From Candidatus Kapaibacterium sp. (GTDB lineage: Bacteria > Bacteroidota > Ignavibacteria > Kapaibacteriales > UBA2268): a DNA stretch of 42,998 nt. This document shows, in pieces, positions 18,796-27,881 of this stretch. The number at the start of each line of letters is the position of its first letter. Position 1 is the stretch's first letter. The stretch is taken from assembly GCA_026390675.1 (NCBI GenBank), contig JAPLFM010000175.1, positions 1 to 42,998 of the forward strand. The letters are read 5' to 3'. The notes beneath the pieces are model-generated. The model made no database searches. It saw only the letters and a program-made list of their open reading frames with translations, and was not told the DNA's origin. The position numbers were made by a program, and so were the translations under genes.

Positions 18796-20129
18796 TATTT
18801 ACTCACAATTATTTTAGTAGAAAGATTTACATTTTTCCCTGTTACTTTGCAAACATAAACTCCATTTGGAATTAATTGAGTATTCCAATAATAAATATGT
18901 TCTCCAACTTCTAAGTTACCAGAGAATAAATTGTTAATCAATTTTCCAGTATTATCAAAAATTGAAATATTGAAATAATTAGGAGTTGAATTTTTAAGAG
19001 TAATTAATGAGTTCCCATTTATTGGATTGGGACTTATTGTTATGGTATTTGTTAAATTAGAAATATCTTTTACTTCAGTTAAGGCATTATTAAAATTATA
19101 TAGGGTTAATAACCAAGCAGTTGCACCTGCAATATATTTTTTATTTTTATCCATCTCTAAAGCGTTTCCACCATCAGGTAAAATATCTGACTTAGTAAAG
19201 GTATAGATTAATTTTTCAGCATCAATATTAAATACTCTAATGGTCCCGCCACCCAAAATTATATATTTTACATCTTCAGAAATACAAATTTGTTTTAAAG
19301 CCCCACTTAATTTAGGTATTATTTTTATTTTCTTAAAGTCTTTAGTATCAAATATTCTTACTTGCCCTCCAAACGCTGAACATAAATAGCTATTATCTGA
19401 TGAAAATTTAATTGAACTAATATTGAGCGTATCAGTTTCAATTTCTTTAACAACTTTAAAAGTATTTTCATCCCAAAGTAATAATTTTTTTGTTTTATCT
19501 TTGGACATAAATATTCCATTTTCCCAATCAGTAACAAAATACTTCCCATCAGAAGATGCAGCTACATGGTTCATAGCACCGGGGTAATCAATGTATTCAT
19601 CTACTTCCATAGTTTCAGTATTTATCTTCATCAAACTATAATTTGGATTATTAAATGAATTACCAGGGGCACCAACGCTTAATATAAATTTATTATCAGC
19701 AGTTAAGGTTAAATCATGATATTGATAACCAATATATTTCAAATTTTTTAATGAATCTAATATTTGAAATGTTGTTGCATCTAATTTTTTATATTTGGAA
19801 GTATATATGAACTTATTATCACTCGACATAACTTTAAAACCACCTACTCCTGAAATGGTTCTAATACTATCACCTGTTAAAGAGTTTATTATCCAAACAC
19901 GGTTATAAATTGTTTCCACTCCATTAATACTACCAATATACATAGTAGAAACATAAACTTGAGAGCCATCTTGTGAAAACATAACCCCAACTACCTCTTC
20001 GGGCCAAATATTCTTTGTCCAAACAGTATCAGGCAAATCCTCTTTTTGGTTTGGTGTTGGCTCATCGACTTGTGCAAAGAGAGAAAAGTTGCAAATTACA
20101 AACGCAACAAAAACAAAAAACTTCTTCAT
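18795..20129 (-). CDS. WD40/beta-propeller secreted protein with T9SS type A sorting domain
   Basis: Signal peptide; FSQDG, SSDGKY, FSSDNSY, LLLWD blades; ISPNP...PNGVYVC CTD. Confidence 0.85.
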   Translation of the reverse strand: MKKFFVFVAFVICNFSLFAQVDEPTPNQKEDLPDTVWTKNIWPEEVVGVMFSQDGSQVYVSTMYIGSINGVETIYNRVWIINSLTGDSIRTISGVGGFKVMSSDNKFIYTSKYKKLDATTFQILDSLKNLKYIGYQYHDLTLTADNKFILSVGAPGNSFNNPNYSLMKINTETMEVDEYIDYPGAMNHVAASSDGKYFVTDWENGIFMSKDKTKKLLLWDENTFKVVKEIETDTLNISSIKFSSDNSYLCSAFGGQVRIFDTKDFKKIKIIPKLSGALKQICISEDVKYIILGGGTIRVFNIDAEKLIYTFTKSDILPDGGNALEMDKNKKYIAGATAWLLTLYNFNNALTEVKDISNLTNTITISPNPINGNSLITLKNSTPNYFNISIFDNTGKLINNLFSGNLEVGEHIYYWNTQLIPNGVYVCKVTGKNVNLSTKIIVSK

Positions 20130-20572
20130 AAATGCTCCTAAAAAATAAAATTCTATGTTTTCTATGGCTTTAAAATTGGTGGTTTTAATGAAAGAACAGA
20201 AACAAAAACTATATGTACTACTTAAAAATTTACTTTATATTTTTTCCGATTTTATTATATTATTGGCTATTTGATTATCTGAAATTAAGTAAATAAAATC
20301 AAAGCACAAAATGAAATCTGCAAATACTCGTCTTTAGTTACTGTTTTGTCTCTTTGCTCTTTGATATTAAATTATCATTAGAAAAACAAAATCTACAAAA
20401 TATGAACATTTGTTAATAAAACTTTCTCAAAAAAGGCTTTTTTTGTGCAATTTGTGCAAAAATAGGGCTTAACTTATTGAAATATAATGAGATAAGCTAC
20501 TGCAAAACGTAAGTTGTTGATATATAGATAGTTAATGTTATTTCTTCATTGATTTTGATTTTTTGCACCAAA

Positions 20573-20968
20573 CTACCTCAAGCAAGAAGCTTTTTGAGTA
20601 AACCAAGGGTAAATTTCATAAATTAATCTTCCAGATTTTATAGCCATATCTGTAGATAAATTACTTTTTACTTCATCTTCATTTTTACAGTTAAATATAA
20701 ATATACCAATTATATCTCTTTTGGCGGCTATTGGTCCAGCCATATCTAACAACTTTGCCTCATAAAGTCTATTTATGTTCGCAATATGAGCTTTTTGGAT
20801 GTTTGCAGCCTCTAGGCTATCTTGATTTCTATTTGGTCCAGCTTTTAGCAATACCAAGTAATAAACTTTCATATTACTCATGTCTGGTATAGAATCATTT
20901 TTTACTTTTTGACCAAACAATTCTTGAGTCAATGCAAAAATTACAATTATCAATACAATCTTTATCAT
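20573..20968 (-). CDS. YciI-like protein with signal peptide
   Basis: YYLVLLKAGP...IQKAHIANI..L.....AGP...GIFIF...DMAIKSGRL. Confidence 0.75.
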   Translation of the reverse strand: MIKIVLIIVIFALTQELFGQKVKNDSIPDMSNMKVYYLVLLKAGPNRNQDSLEAANIQKAHIANINRLYEAKLLDMAGPIAAKRDIIGIFIFNCKNEDEVKSNLSTDMAIKSGRLIYEIYPWFTQKASCLR

Positions 20969-21024
20969 AAGTTACTCGTATTATAAATTTTAGAATTATC
21001 AAAATTAAATACATATTACTTAAA

Positions 21025-21669
21025 ATGCAATCAAAATATTTATTTCAAGATATTGTTCCAAAATTAGAATTAAGACTGCAATCAGATTTGCCTGGATTTG
21101 AATCTCATTTAAAAATGGCTCCTATATTTAAAGGAACAAAATTCAGGAATTTCAATCCTACTGCTGATGCTAGAAATAGTGCTGTTTTAATTTTACTAAT
21201 GCCTTTGGAAAATAGCTTTGAAATATTATTTACTTTAAGAAGCGAAAAATTAAATAGTCATAGTGGTCAAATTTCATTTCCAGGTGGTAGGCAAGACAAA
21301 GGCGAAAGTTTTGTAGAAACTGCACTCCGAGAAACTAAAGAAGAAGTAGGTATTCATCCTGATAAGATTAAAGTATTAGGCAGTCTTTCACAATTATTTG
21401 TGCCACCATCCAATTCTGTAATTACACCTATAGTTGGAATTGCTGATAAAATCGATAATTATACTTTAAGTGAAAATGAAGTACAAGAAGTTTTTACAGT
21501 CGATTACAATAAATTTGTTACCGATGATTTTTTTGCAAAAGAAATTAGAAATATGAATGGATTAGATGTTGAAGTTCCATATTGGAATGTTCATTCAAAA
21601 ACAAAATTATGGGGAGCCACTGCTATTATTTTGCAGGAATTCATTGATATAATTGAAGAATTAGTATAA
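21025..21669 (+). CDS. Nudix hydrolase, CoA pyrophosphatase (NudL/PCD1-like)
   Basis: HSGQISFPGG...TALRETKEEVG Nudix box; LWGATA. Confidence 0.9.
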   Translation: MQSKYLFQDIVPKLELRLQSDLPGFESHLKMAPIFKGTKFRNFNPTADARNSAVLILLMPLENSFEILFTLRSEKLNSHSGQISFPGGRQDKGESFVETALRETKEEVGIHPDKIKVLGSLSQLFVPPSNSVITPIVGIADKIDNYTLSENEVQEVFTVDYNKFVTDDFFAKEIRNMNGLDVEVPYWNVHSKTKLWGATAIILQEFIDIIEELV

Positions 21670-21739
21670 ATATTTTACAAAAAAAAAGAATCCAAAATTA
21701 ATTGAATTCTTCTTTTTATTTAATTCTAAATCGTAAATT

Positions 21740-22096
21740 CTAAACTCCAGTACTACCAAAGCCTCCAGTACCTCTATCTGTATCACTTAATGTTTCTTTT
21801 TCATTCCAAGTAATATGCTCATACTTAGCAATTACAAGTTGTGCAATTCTATCACCAGACTTTACAACAAAAGTATCCTTCCCAAAATTTGCTAAGATTA
21901 CTTTTATCTCTCCTCTATAATCAGAATCAATAGTACCGGGTGAATTCAAACAAAATAGTCCACTCTTGGCTGCTAGCCCACTGCGAGAACGAACTTGACA
22001 TTCATATCCAGATTGCAATGCAATTGATAAATTAGTAGGTATCATAGCCACCTTCCCAGCCGAAATTGCAATTTCTTCATCCATTGCAGCATACAC
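21740..22096 (-). pseudogene. dut: dUTP diphosphatase, apparently 5'-truncated (motif 1 missing); first usable ATG at 22084
   Basis: RSGLA, GTIDSDYRGEI, GDRIAQL and RGTGGFGSTG are present; homology starts at VYAAMDEEI with no AGxD motif; the upstream in-frame sequence is the off-frame rsmI tail. Confidence 0.7.
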
Positions 22097-23597
22097 CACT
22101 AAACTTACCACCTTTCTTAATACCGCCACTTCTTCTTGGTCTAGAATCGCCCTCTGGCTTTTCGAATTTTTTAGCTCTACTCTCTCTATCAGATGAGTCC
22201 CATCTCTTTTTCTTATCATCAGATCCAGAAGCAGTCCTATCTGTACCGGGAGTATATTCCCTCTTAGGTCCATCTACTCTTGTCGAAGAGTAAATTCTCT
22301 TTGGTCTGTCTTCACTACTACGTGGAGTATATTCTCGCTTTGGTCTATCTTCACTACTGCGTGGTGTATATTCTCGCTTTGGTCTATCTTCACTACTGCG
22401 TGATGAATATTCTCGCTTAGGTCTATCTTCACTACTGCGTGATGAATATTCTCGCTTAGGTCTATCTTCACTACTGCGTGATGAATATTCTCGCTTAGGT
22501 CTATCTTCACTACTGCGTGGTGTATATTCTCGCTTAGGTCTATCTTCACTACTGCGTGGTGTATATTCTCGCTTAGGTCTGTCTTCACTACTAGAACTAT
22601 AAGCTCTTTTTGGTCTTTCACCATCACCTATACTTTCTCTTCTTGGAGGTCTATCTCCAGCGTCCATATCTCCATCAGGTCTTGGTGGTCTTTCTTCTCT
22701 ACCAAATCCTCTAAATCTATCTTTCTTAAAATCGCCTTCTTTTCTTTTTTTGTCTTTTCCGCCTCTATATCCAAACTCTTTATCATCATTGTCATCAATA
22801 GTTCTAGTAGGTTTAAATTTATTTCTATCTTCTCTAAATGGAACCACAGCAACTGGTACATTATTCTCTCTACCTTCAAAACAAATCACAACCTCAGCAC
22901 GCACCGATAATGTTTCAAATTTCTTCTTTAGTTCTTCAAAAGTACCATAATGATGTGTTTCAAATAGTGTTGTCAAATTCATACCAATATAAGCTCTACG
23001 TTCTGGCATTACTTCGCAAGCTGCATCAAGAAATGGGCGAAGTCTGTAAGGAGTTTCCAAAAGTACAACTGTATGTGGCTGTCTTTCCAATGCTTTTAAT
23101 GCTTCTATTCTTAGCTCAGTTTTTTGAGATACAAATCCTGCATAATAGAATTTGTCAATTGGCAAACCGCTACGTACTAAGGCAGCCATAATTGATGTTA
23201 CTCCGGGAGCAACTTCAATTTCAATTCCAGCAGCAAGTGCTGCACTTACCAAATTTGCACCCGGATCTGCAAATACAGGAGTTCCACAATCAGAAATCAA
23301 TCCAATTCTAGTTCCTTCTTTCATCTTTTTTATATATTCAGCTACACGTTGGGTTTCATTTTGTTCATTTAGATTATCTAAATCTTTGCGTATATTATGT
23401 GTTTTTAATAGCTGTGCCCCAACTCTAAACTCTTCACAAACAATTAAGTCCGATAATTTTAGTAGTCTTATTGCTCTTTGAGTAATATCTTCTTCGTTTC
23501 CAATTGGGGTAGATATAATATAAAGTTTACCAACTTTTGGCTCTTCTATTTCTATCTTTTTACGCATAGAAAGATCTTCATTTTCAAATTTTCTCAT
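22077..23597 (-). CDS. rsmI: 16S rRNA (C1402-2'-O) methyltransferase with a long charged repeat tail
   Basis: LYIISTPIGNEEDITQRA, LISDCGTPVFADPG, ETPYRL; ~250 aa R/D/E/S-rich extension. Confidence 0.9.
   Translation of the reverse strand: MRKFENEDLSMRKKIEIEEPKVGKLYIISTPIGNEEDITQRAIRLLKLSDLIVCEEFRVGAQLLKTHNIRKDLDNLNEQNETQRVAEYIKKMKEGTRIGLISDCGTPVFADPGANLVSAALAAGIEIEVAPGVTSIMAALVRSGLPIDKFYYAGFVSQKTELRIEALKALERQPHTVVLLETPYRLRPFLDAACEVMPERRAYIGMNLTTLFETHHYGTFEELKKKFETLSVRAEVVICFEGRENNVPVAVVPFREDRNKFKPTRTIDDNDDKEFGYRGGKDKKRKEGDFKKDRFRGFGREERPPRPDGDMDAGDRPPRRESIGDGERPKRAYSSSSEDRPKREYTPRSSEDRPKREYTPRSSEDRPKREYSSRSSEDRPKREYSSRSSEDRPKREYSSRSSEDRPKREYTPRSSEDRPKREYTPRSSEDRPKRIYSSTRVDGPKREYTPGTDRTASGSDDKKKRWDSSDRESRAKKFEKPEGDSRPRRSGGIKKGGKFSGVCCNG
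22282..22593 (-). repeat. 39-bp coding tandem repeat x8 (SSEDRPKREY[TP/SS]R)
   Basis: Eight near-identical units visible in both DNA and protein. Confidence 0.92.
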
Positions 23598-23814
23598 TTA
23601 TTCTTATAGATTTGTTAAAATAATTTTTACAAACATACCTATAAATGCCCTATTTTCATAGTAACATTATGATATTAAAGAAAATAGATTGTAAATAGCA
23701 GAATTAAACTTAAGTATATAACTTTGATATGCAGATAATTTTATATAAATACTCATATTATCATCTTCATCAAACAAAAAAATAGGCACTTTTTTAGACA
23801 GCATTCAATTCAAA

Positions 23815-23947
23815 GTTCCGTAGGAACGACCAGATTGTAGTAAATAAAACAAATATTATATTATTAATTCCCTAGATGTAACATTGGAGCTCCTTTGGTG
23901 CTTAAAAGAAATTAATTTGCTACAAATATTGAACTCCTTTGGAGTTC
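23815..23947. repeat. REP-like short palindrome cluster
   Basis: GTTCC-GTA-GGAAC (23815-23827), degenerate GCTCC-TTT-GGTGC (23889-23901), GAACTCC-TTT-GGAGTTC (23931-23947), with internal TGTAG...CTACA. Confidence 0.55.
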
Positions 23948-23991
23948 TAAAAGAATATAAAATAAAATTAGATAAAAAGTGATTTGTAATA

Positions 23992-24546
23992 TTACTCATT
24001 TACAATACACGAATTAGGTATCATATAACCTTCTACAATTTGGTTATTTGTAAAAAACCAAAGGCGTCCTTCAGCAGAATCAATTCTACTATGGCTACCA
24101 AAAGCAATTGTAAACTTATCACTTTGCGAATGTGGTAAATACCAGTATCCATAGCCCCAATTATATCCTATTTTTTTGTCTCTCTCTCTTTCTATTGAGT
24201 CACACGTTGGTTTGTGGAACATTTACCATAAGTCAATTTGATAAATTTTGTTGATCTTAATTTTACTTCGCTCTAAATTATCATATAATTTGTTTTTATA
24301 GTACATTATATAAATTGTATCTTTAAACTGATTGATAGCCTGAATACTCTCATAGCAATATTCATTTGAAGTATCTTCTAATACTTGTGAATTCCCTAAA
24401 AGTATTATATTTGTGTCAATAACTCTAATTTTCATTTTATAAATATTATCATTTGGCTTAATCAAATTTTGATTTGAGTTTAATTCAAATGAAACTAAAA
24501 ACAAAATAATATATAATATGCAATTAATTTTCACTTTTTTATCCAA
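23992..24546 (-). pseudogene. secreted hypothetical (candidate orphan immunity) gene split by an in-frame TAA at 24223-24225
   Basis: ORFs 24223..24546 and 23992..24222 share a frame and join as TGG TAA ATG; N-terminal signal-like segment. Confidence 0.55.
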
Positions 24547-24604
24547 TACTTTTATAAATTTAGATAATGATTGATTGTAAATAAATTAGCAAAATTAATA
24601 AAAC

Positions 24605-24648
24605 CTAAACTTACTTAGGAGCTTTACCTACTTTAGAGCATTACCGAA
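24605..24648 (-). repeat. conserved post-stop motif, copy 1 (with a 17-nt internal duplication)
   Basis: Minus strand TTCGGTAATGCTC-TAAAGTAGGTAAAGCTC-CTAAGTAAGTTTAG; matches 27882-27908. Confidence 0.7.
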
Positions 24649-25152
24649 TTAATTATTTTTTTTACGACGAACAGGTTTTATAATTTCCATTTTGCAATAA
24701 TAAACTTCTTTTACAGTACACATTAAATCTTCTCTTATACAATTTTTTTGAAGTTCAATGTTAGCTGCAGTATTTGGGTAAATTATTGTTTTGTATCGTT
24801 CATCCCAATTGAATGGAGTTAACTTTACCTTACTCCCAGCTTTAATTTGACCTTTAAAGTTAGCATCAACAAAACCTAAAGTATCATTTTCATTTGTAAT
24901 AGCAATTAAAAAACTTGACCAAAAAACCATATCATAATGCAAAACAGGTGCAAACATTAATACTTTAGCTTCTTTCTCTTCTAATAAGTCTTTGTAAACC
25001 CATTGTTTCTTACACTCAGATGCAATTGATGATTTTATCTTTGCATTATGCTTGCTCTTATGTTTGCTTTGTTGTACGTCAGGCTTTGTCTCAGCAAAGC
25101 ATGCAATTACAAATAAGAAAGAAAGTATTGTATTTAAAGCTTTATTTTTCAT
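24649..25152 (-). CDS. exported hypothetical protein, candidate immunity protein
   Basis: Signal-peptide-like N-terminus; begins 7 bp after the Rhs-derived ORF 25159..25380. Confidence 0.6.
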   Translation of the reverse strand: MKNKALNTILSFLFVIACFAETKPDVQQSKHKSKHNAKIKSSIASECKKQWVYKDLLEEKEAKVLMFAPVLHYDMVFWSSFLIAITNENDTLGFVDANFKGQIKAGSKVKLTPFNWDERYKTIIYPNTAANIELQKNCIREDLMCTVKEVYYCKMEIIKPVRRKKNN

Positions 25153-25158
25153 AACTAT

Positions 25159-25380
25159 CTACTTTTTATCTACAGGTTTGTGAGATTCTTTATCTGGATA
25201 TCCTTCATATAAATGATAATCTTTTTTATCTTTATCCTTAACGATTAAATTGCGAAGAAATTCAATATTTACATCTTTGATTGAAGTAACTTTAATTTTT
25301 GGTTCCGTTCTAAGATTTATAACTGATGTAGGATCAAAATAATATTGTCTTTTGTCCATTATACGGAAGGAATTTTTCAT
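25159..25380 (-). pseudogene. internally deleted Rhs tip (core fragment fused to a short unique C-terminus)
   Basis: KNSFRIMDKRQY matches KNFFRILDKKQY of the Rhs ORF 28462..29643, then diverges. Confidence 0.65.
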
Positions 25381-25619
25381 ATTGGTTACTCCCTCCCCGA
25401 TTTTAACTTGTTAAAATCTTTGGTGGAGGGTTGGGGTGGGGTTCTTAGCGTATTTCCAGCTAAGAAAAACACATCTAATAATATATTTGTTTTAGTTTTC
25501 ATTTATAACTTAAATTCAATTTCATTCTTGCAATTTAACAACTTTTTGTGGTAAAACAGCATTTTTTTTAAGAACCCACCTCATTCCTGCCCCAAGGGGA
25601 GGAAGTAACCAACTTCTGA
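25381..25619. mobile_element. ~240-bp non-autonomous inverted-repeat element (REPIN/MITE-like), copy A
   Basis: Terminal IRs TTGGTTACTCCCTCCCC (25382-25398) / GGGGAGGAAGTAACCAA (25596-25612), 16/17 match; inner IR GGTGGG(G)TTCTTA / TAAGAACCCACC; perfect hairpin GATTTTAAC-TT-GTTAAAATC; second copy at 29644-29883. Confidence 0.75.
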
Positions 25620-25690
25620 GTTAAGTTTATTCAATATAATAATTTATTTCGTTTTTCGTGTAATTGTAAAAAGAAAATAGTAAAAATAAA

Positions 25691-26167
25691 TTGAATAAAC
25701 AAAAAGTATATATAGAGACTAGTGTAATAAGCTATTTGACTTCAAGACCAAGTAGAGATATAATAGTTTCAAGCCACCAACAAATTACAAACCAATGGTG
25801 GAAGAAGTCTAAAAGTAAATTTAATAATTATATCTCAGAATTTGTAATTGATGAAATATCAAAAGGAGATAAATCTGCTTCAGAAATTAGACTTGCTTCA
25901 GTAAAAAATATTCAATTGCTTGAATATGATGATGATATTGTTGAAATTGCAATTAATTATGCTAATTTATTATCAATTCCAGAAAAAGCTAGACTTGATG
26001 CATTTCATTTAGCTATTTCTGTATATTATGAAATAGACTTTTTACTTTCTTGGAATTGCAAACATATTGCAAATGCTGTGGTTATGAGTAAATTAAGAGA
26101 TTATAATAAAACTAAAAATTTATTTACACCGATATTATGTACACCATTAGAATTATTAGAGGTTTAA
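25691..26167 (+). CDS. PIN-domain (VapC-like) toxin
   Basis: KVYIETSVISYLTSRPSRD...DAFHLAIS...DFLLSWNCKHIAN...PILCTPLEL. Confidence 0.85.
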   Translation: MNKQKVYIETSVISYLTSRPSRDIIVSSHQQITNQWWKKSKSKFNNYISEFVIDEISKGDKSASEIRLASVKNIQLLEYDDDIVEIAINYANLLSIPEKARLDAFHLAISVYYEIDFLLSWNCKHIANAVVMSKLRDYNKTKNLFTPILCTPLELLEV

Positions 26168-26168
26168 T

Positions 26169-26321
26169 ATGTTCAAAGATAAAATAGTAGATGAAGTTAG
26201 GAAAAATCGTGAAAAGATTTTTGCAGATTTTGATTATGATATGAAAAAATATTCCAAATATATTATTGAAATGCAAAAAAATGAGACTAGACATTTGGTA
26301 AATAAAGATTCAATTACTTAA
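26169..26321 (+). CDS. 50-aa putative antitoxin partner of the PIN protein
   Basis: Manual translation MFKDKIVDEVRKNREKIFADFDYDMKKYSKYIIEMQKNETRHLVNKDSIT; GAGG RBS; D.IV.EVRK.R proteins typically follow this PIN family. Below the ORF-track cutoff. Confidence 0.7.
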   Translation: MFKDKIVDEVRKNREKIFADFDYDMKKYSKYIIEMQKNETRHLVNKDSIT

Positions 26322-26325
26322 ATAC

Positions 26326-26425
26326 TATAATCACACACACTTTTCTCATCTACTACAAAGCTATTACCACTTGGTGTCTTCATATCTCCTATAGCTACAC
26401 GCACACTTCCTAAGTGGTCTTTAAG
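26326..26425 (-). pseudogene. Rhs core remnant
   Basis: Translates LKDHLGSVRVAIGDMKTPSGNSFVVDEKSVCDY vs LKDHLGNVRVAIGDMKIP...FVVDEKAVNDY in 28462..29643. Confidence 0.85.
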
Positions 26426-26523
26426 ATTGTCCCAAACTGCTTTCGGCACTTCGGGAGCCCTTTCTTATTGTTTTTGTCAATACCATTTGAAAATGTATTA
26501 AGGAGTATTTAAAGAAAATAAGA

Positions 26524-26750
26524 TCAAATAACTTTGTTGAAATCATCTATACTTATATCTGCTTGTTCTAATATAACTTTTAATGTTATTTTTTTTATAG
26601 GATTATGAACTGGAATTGTAATTTTATAAGTTTTATTTATACTAAGTTTATGTAGTCTAATGTGGCTTACTTTTGTCTAACTACCACAAAACCAAGTCTT
26701 TGAAGCCCATTAATGACTTCTTTATATGATAATAATGGAATTGGAGTCAT
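26524..26750 (-). pseudogene. hicA: HicA mRNA interferase toxin, 1-nt frameshift near 26669
   Basis: MTPIPLLSYKEVINGLQRLGFVVVRQK* then shifted frame SHIRLHKLSINKTYKITIPVHNPIKKITLKVILEQADISIDDFNKVI*; 227 nt; ATGA overlap with the hicB stop. Confidence 0.82.
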
Positions 26751-26950
26751 ATTGAAATTTCATCATAAATTCTATTATTTATTTGAATCATTTCATCTTC
26801 AATCGGCTCAAGGTATAGTTCTATTGCTTCCTTTATGTTTAAAAGAGCTTCATCTCTTGAGTCACCTTGACTTATACACCCCTGCAAAGAAGGAACATAA
26901 ACCACGAAACCACCCTCTTCAGCTTTTTCTAAAACTACTTTAATATTCAT
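26747..26950 (-). CDS. hicB: HicB family antitoxin (short form)
   Basis: EEGGFVVYVPSLQGCISQGDSRDEALLNIKEAIELYLE. Confidence 0.9.
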   Translation of the reverse strand: MNIKVVLEKAEEGGFVVYVPSLQGCISQGDSRDEALLNIKEAIELYLEPIEDEMIQINNRIYDEISI

Positions 26951-27052
26951 TTTTAATCTCTAATTATTTTATTTGAAGTCGTTTCATTTTAAATATTATT
27001 TTACTTGACTTAGTTCAAACAACTTCAGAAGACAAATTGCTCTTACAATTTT

Positions 27053-27080
27053 CCAAGGGGAGGAAGTAACCAACTTCTGA
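27053..27080. mobile_element. isolated right end of the inverted-repeat element (copy B, partial)
   Basis: CCAAGGGGAGGAAGTAACCAACTTCTGA, identical to 25592-25619 and 29856-29883. Confidence 0.8.
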
Positions 27081-27134
27081 AAATCTTCCTTGTTGTTCAT
27101 TACCGTATATATGCCATTCATAGAGTTTGGGCAT
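27081..27134 (-). pseudogene. Rhs core remnant
   Basis: Translates MPKLYEWHIYGNEQQGRF vs MKPKLSEWHIYGNEQQGRF at the start of 28462..29643. Confidence 0.85.
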
Positions 27135-27231
27135 TTTGGAAATGTTTGCTATATTTGAGTTAGGTTTATTCAATATAATAATTTATTTCGTTTTTCGTGT
27201 ATTTGTAAAATATCAAAATCACAGAAATTAA

Positions 27232-27840
27232 ATGCAAGAAAAAACACTAACTTATGAGCAATTAATCAATCTTTTTAGTGAATTAAGAGATTCTCAAGCT
27301 AAAACTGATGCTCAATTAAAAGAATCACAAGCTAAAACTGATGCTCAATTAGCCAAAACTGATGCTCAATTAGCTGAAACGAATAGATATATCAAAGAAT
27401 TAGGAATTCAAATAGGTGGAGTAAATAGAAGTTTTGGAAAATTTACTGAAGAATTATTTATGAGCTCACTTGAAATAATGATGAAATCAAACTTTGGTAT
27501 TCAATCATTTGATCCAAATCCTTCACGTAAGTTAGAATCTGATAGTATTGAAATAGATGCTATGGGAATTATTAATGGCAGTATTAACAAAGTTTATATT
27601 GCTGAAATTAAATCTACTTATAGCAAAAAAGCAGTAAAGCAGTTAAGTAAAATAATGGCTAAATTCAACTCTTTTTATCCAGAATTAAGTGATAAAAAGA
27701 AATTTGGAATTATTGCTGTACCATTTTTGAAAGAAGAACAAATAAAAGAAATTTCAAATGCAGGATTTTATCCAGCTGTTTTCAAAAATGAAATGTTAGT
27801 TATTCAATCTCCTGATAATTTCAAAGCAAAAGCTTTTTAA
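27232..27840 (+). CDS. coiled-coil plus PD-(D/E)xK nuclease-like protein (DUF3782-like)
   Basis: AKTDAQL heptad repeats; FGKFTEE...IEIDA...IAEIKS putative E-D-ExK triad. Confidence 0.75.
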   Translation: MQEKTLTYEQLINLFSELRDSQAKTDAQLKESQAKTDAQLAKTDAQLAETNRYIKELGIQIGGVNRSFGKFTEELFMSSLEIMMKSNFGIQSFDPNPSRKLESDSIEIDAMGIINGSINKVYIAEIKSTYSKKAVKQLSKIMAKFNSFYPELSDKKKFGIIAVPFLKEEQIKEISNAGFYPAVFKNEMLVIQSPDNFKAKAF

Positions 27841-27881
27841 TTACTAATTGATTTCAAAGAACTTATACATATTTCAATCTT

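Noticed and set aside
22097-22273. N-terminal 59 aa of the 177-aa dut ORF (MDLRGNILP...)
   Set aside because: Off-frame read-through of the rsmI tail; the MDLR resemblance to dUTPase motif 1 is at the wrong distance from the other motifs.
22274-22627. 117-aa repeat ORF (HHAVVKIDLSENI)n
   Set aside because: Alternative frame of the rsmI 39-bp repeat.
25345-25554. 69-aa plus-strand ORF across the inverted-repeat element
   Set aside because: Its start lies antisense within the Rhs-derived ORF, outside the element, so the second copy has no equivalent start.
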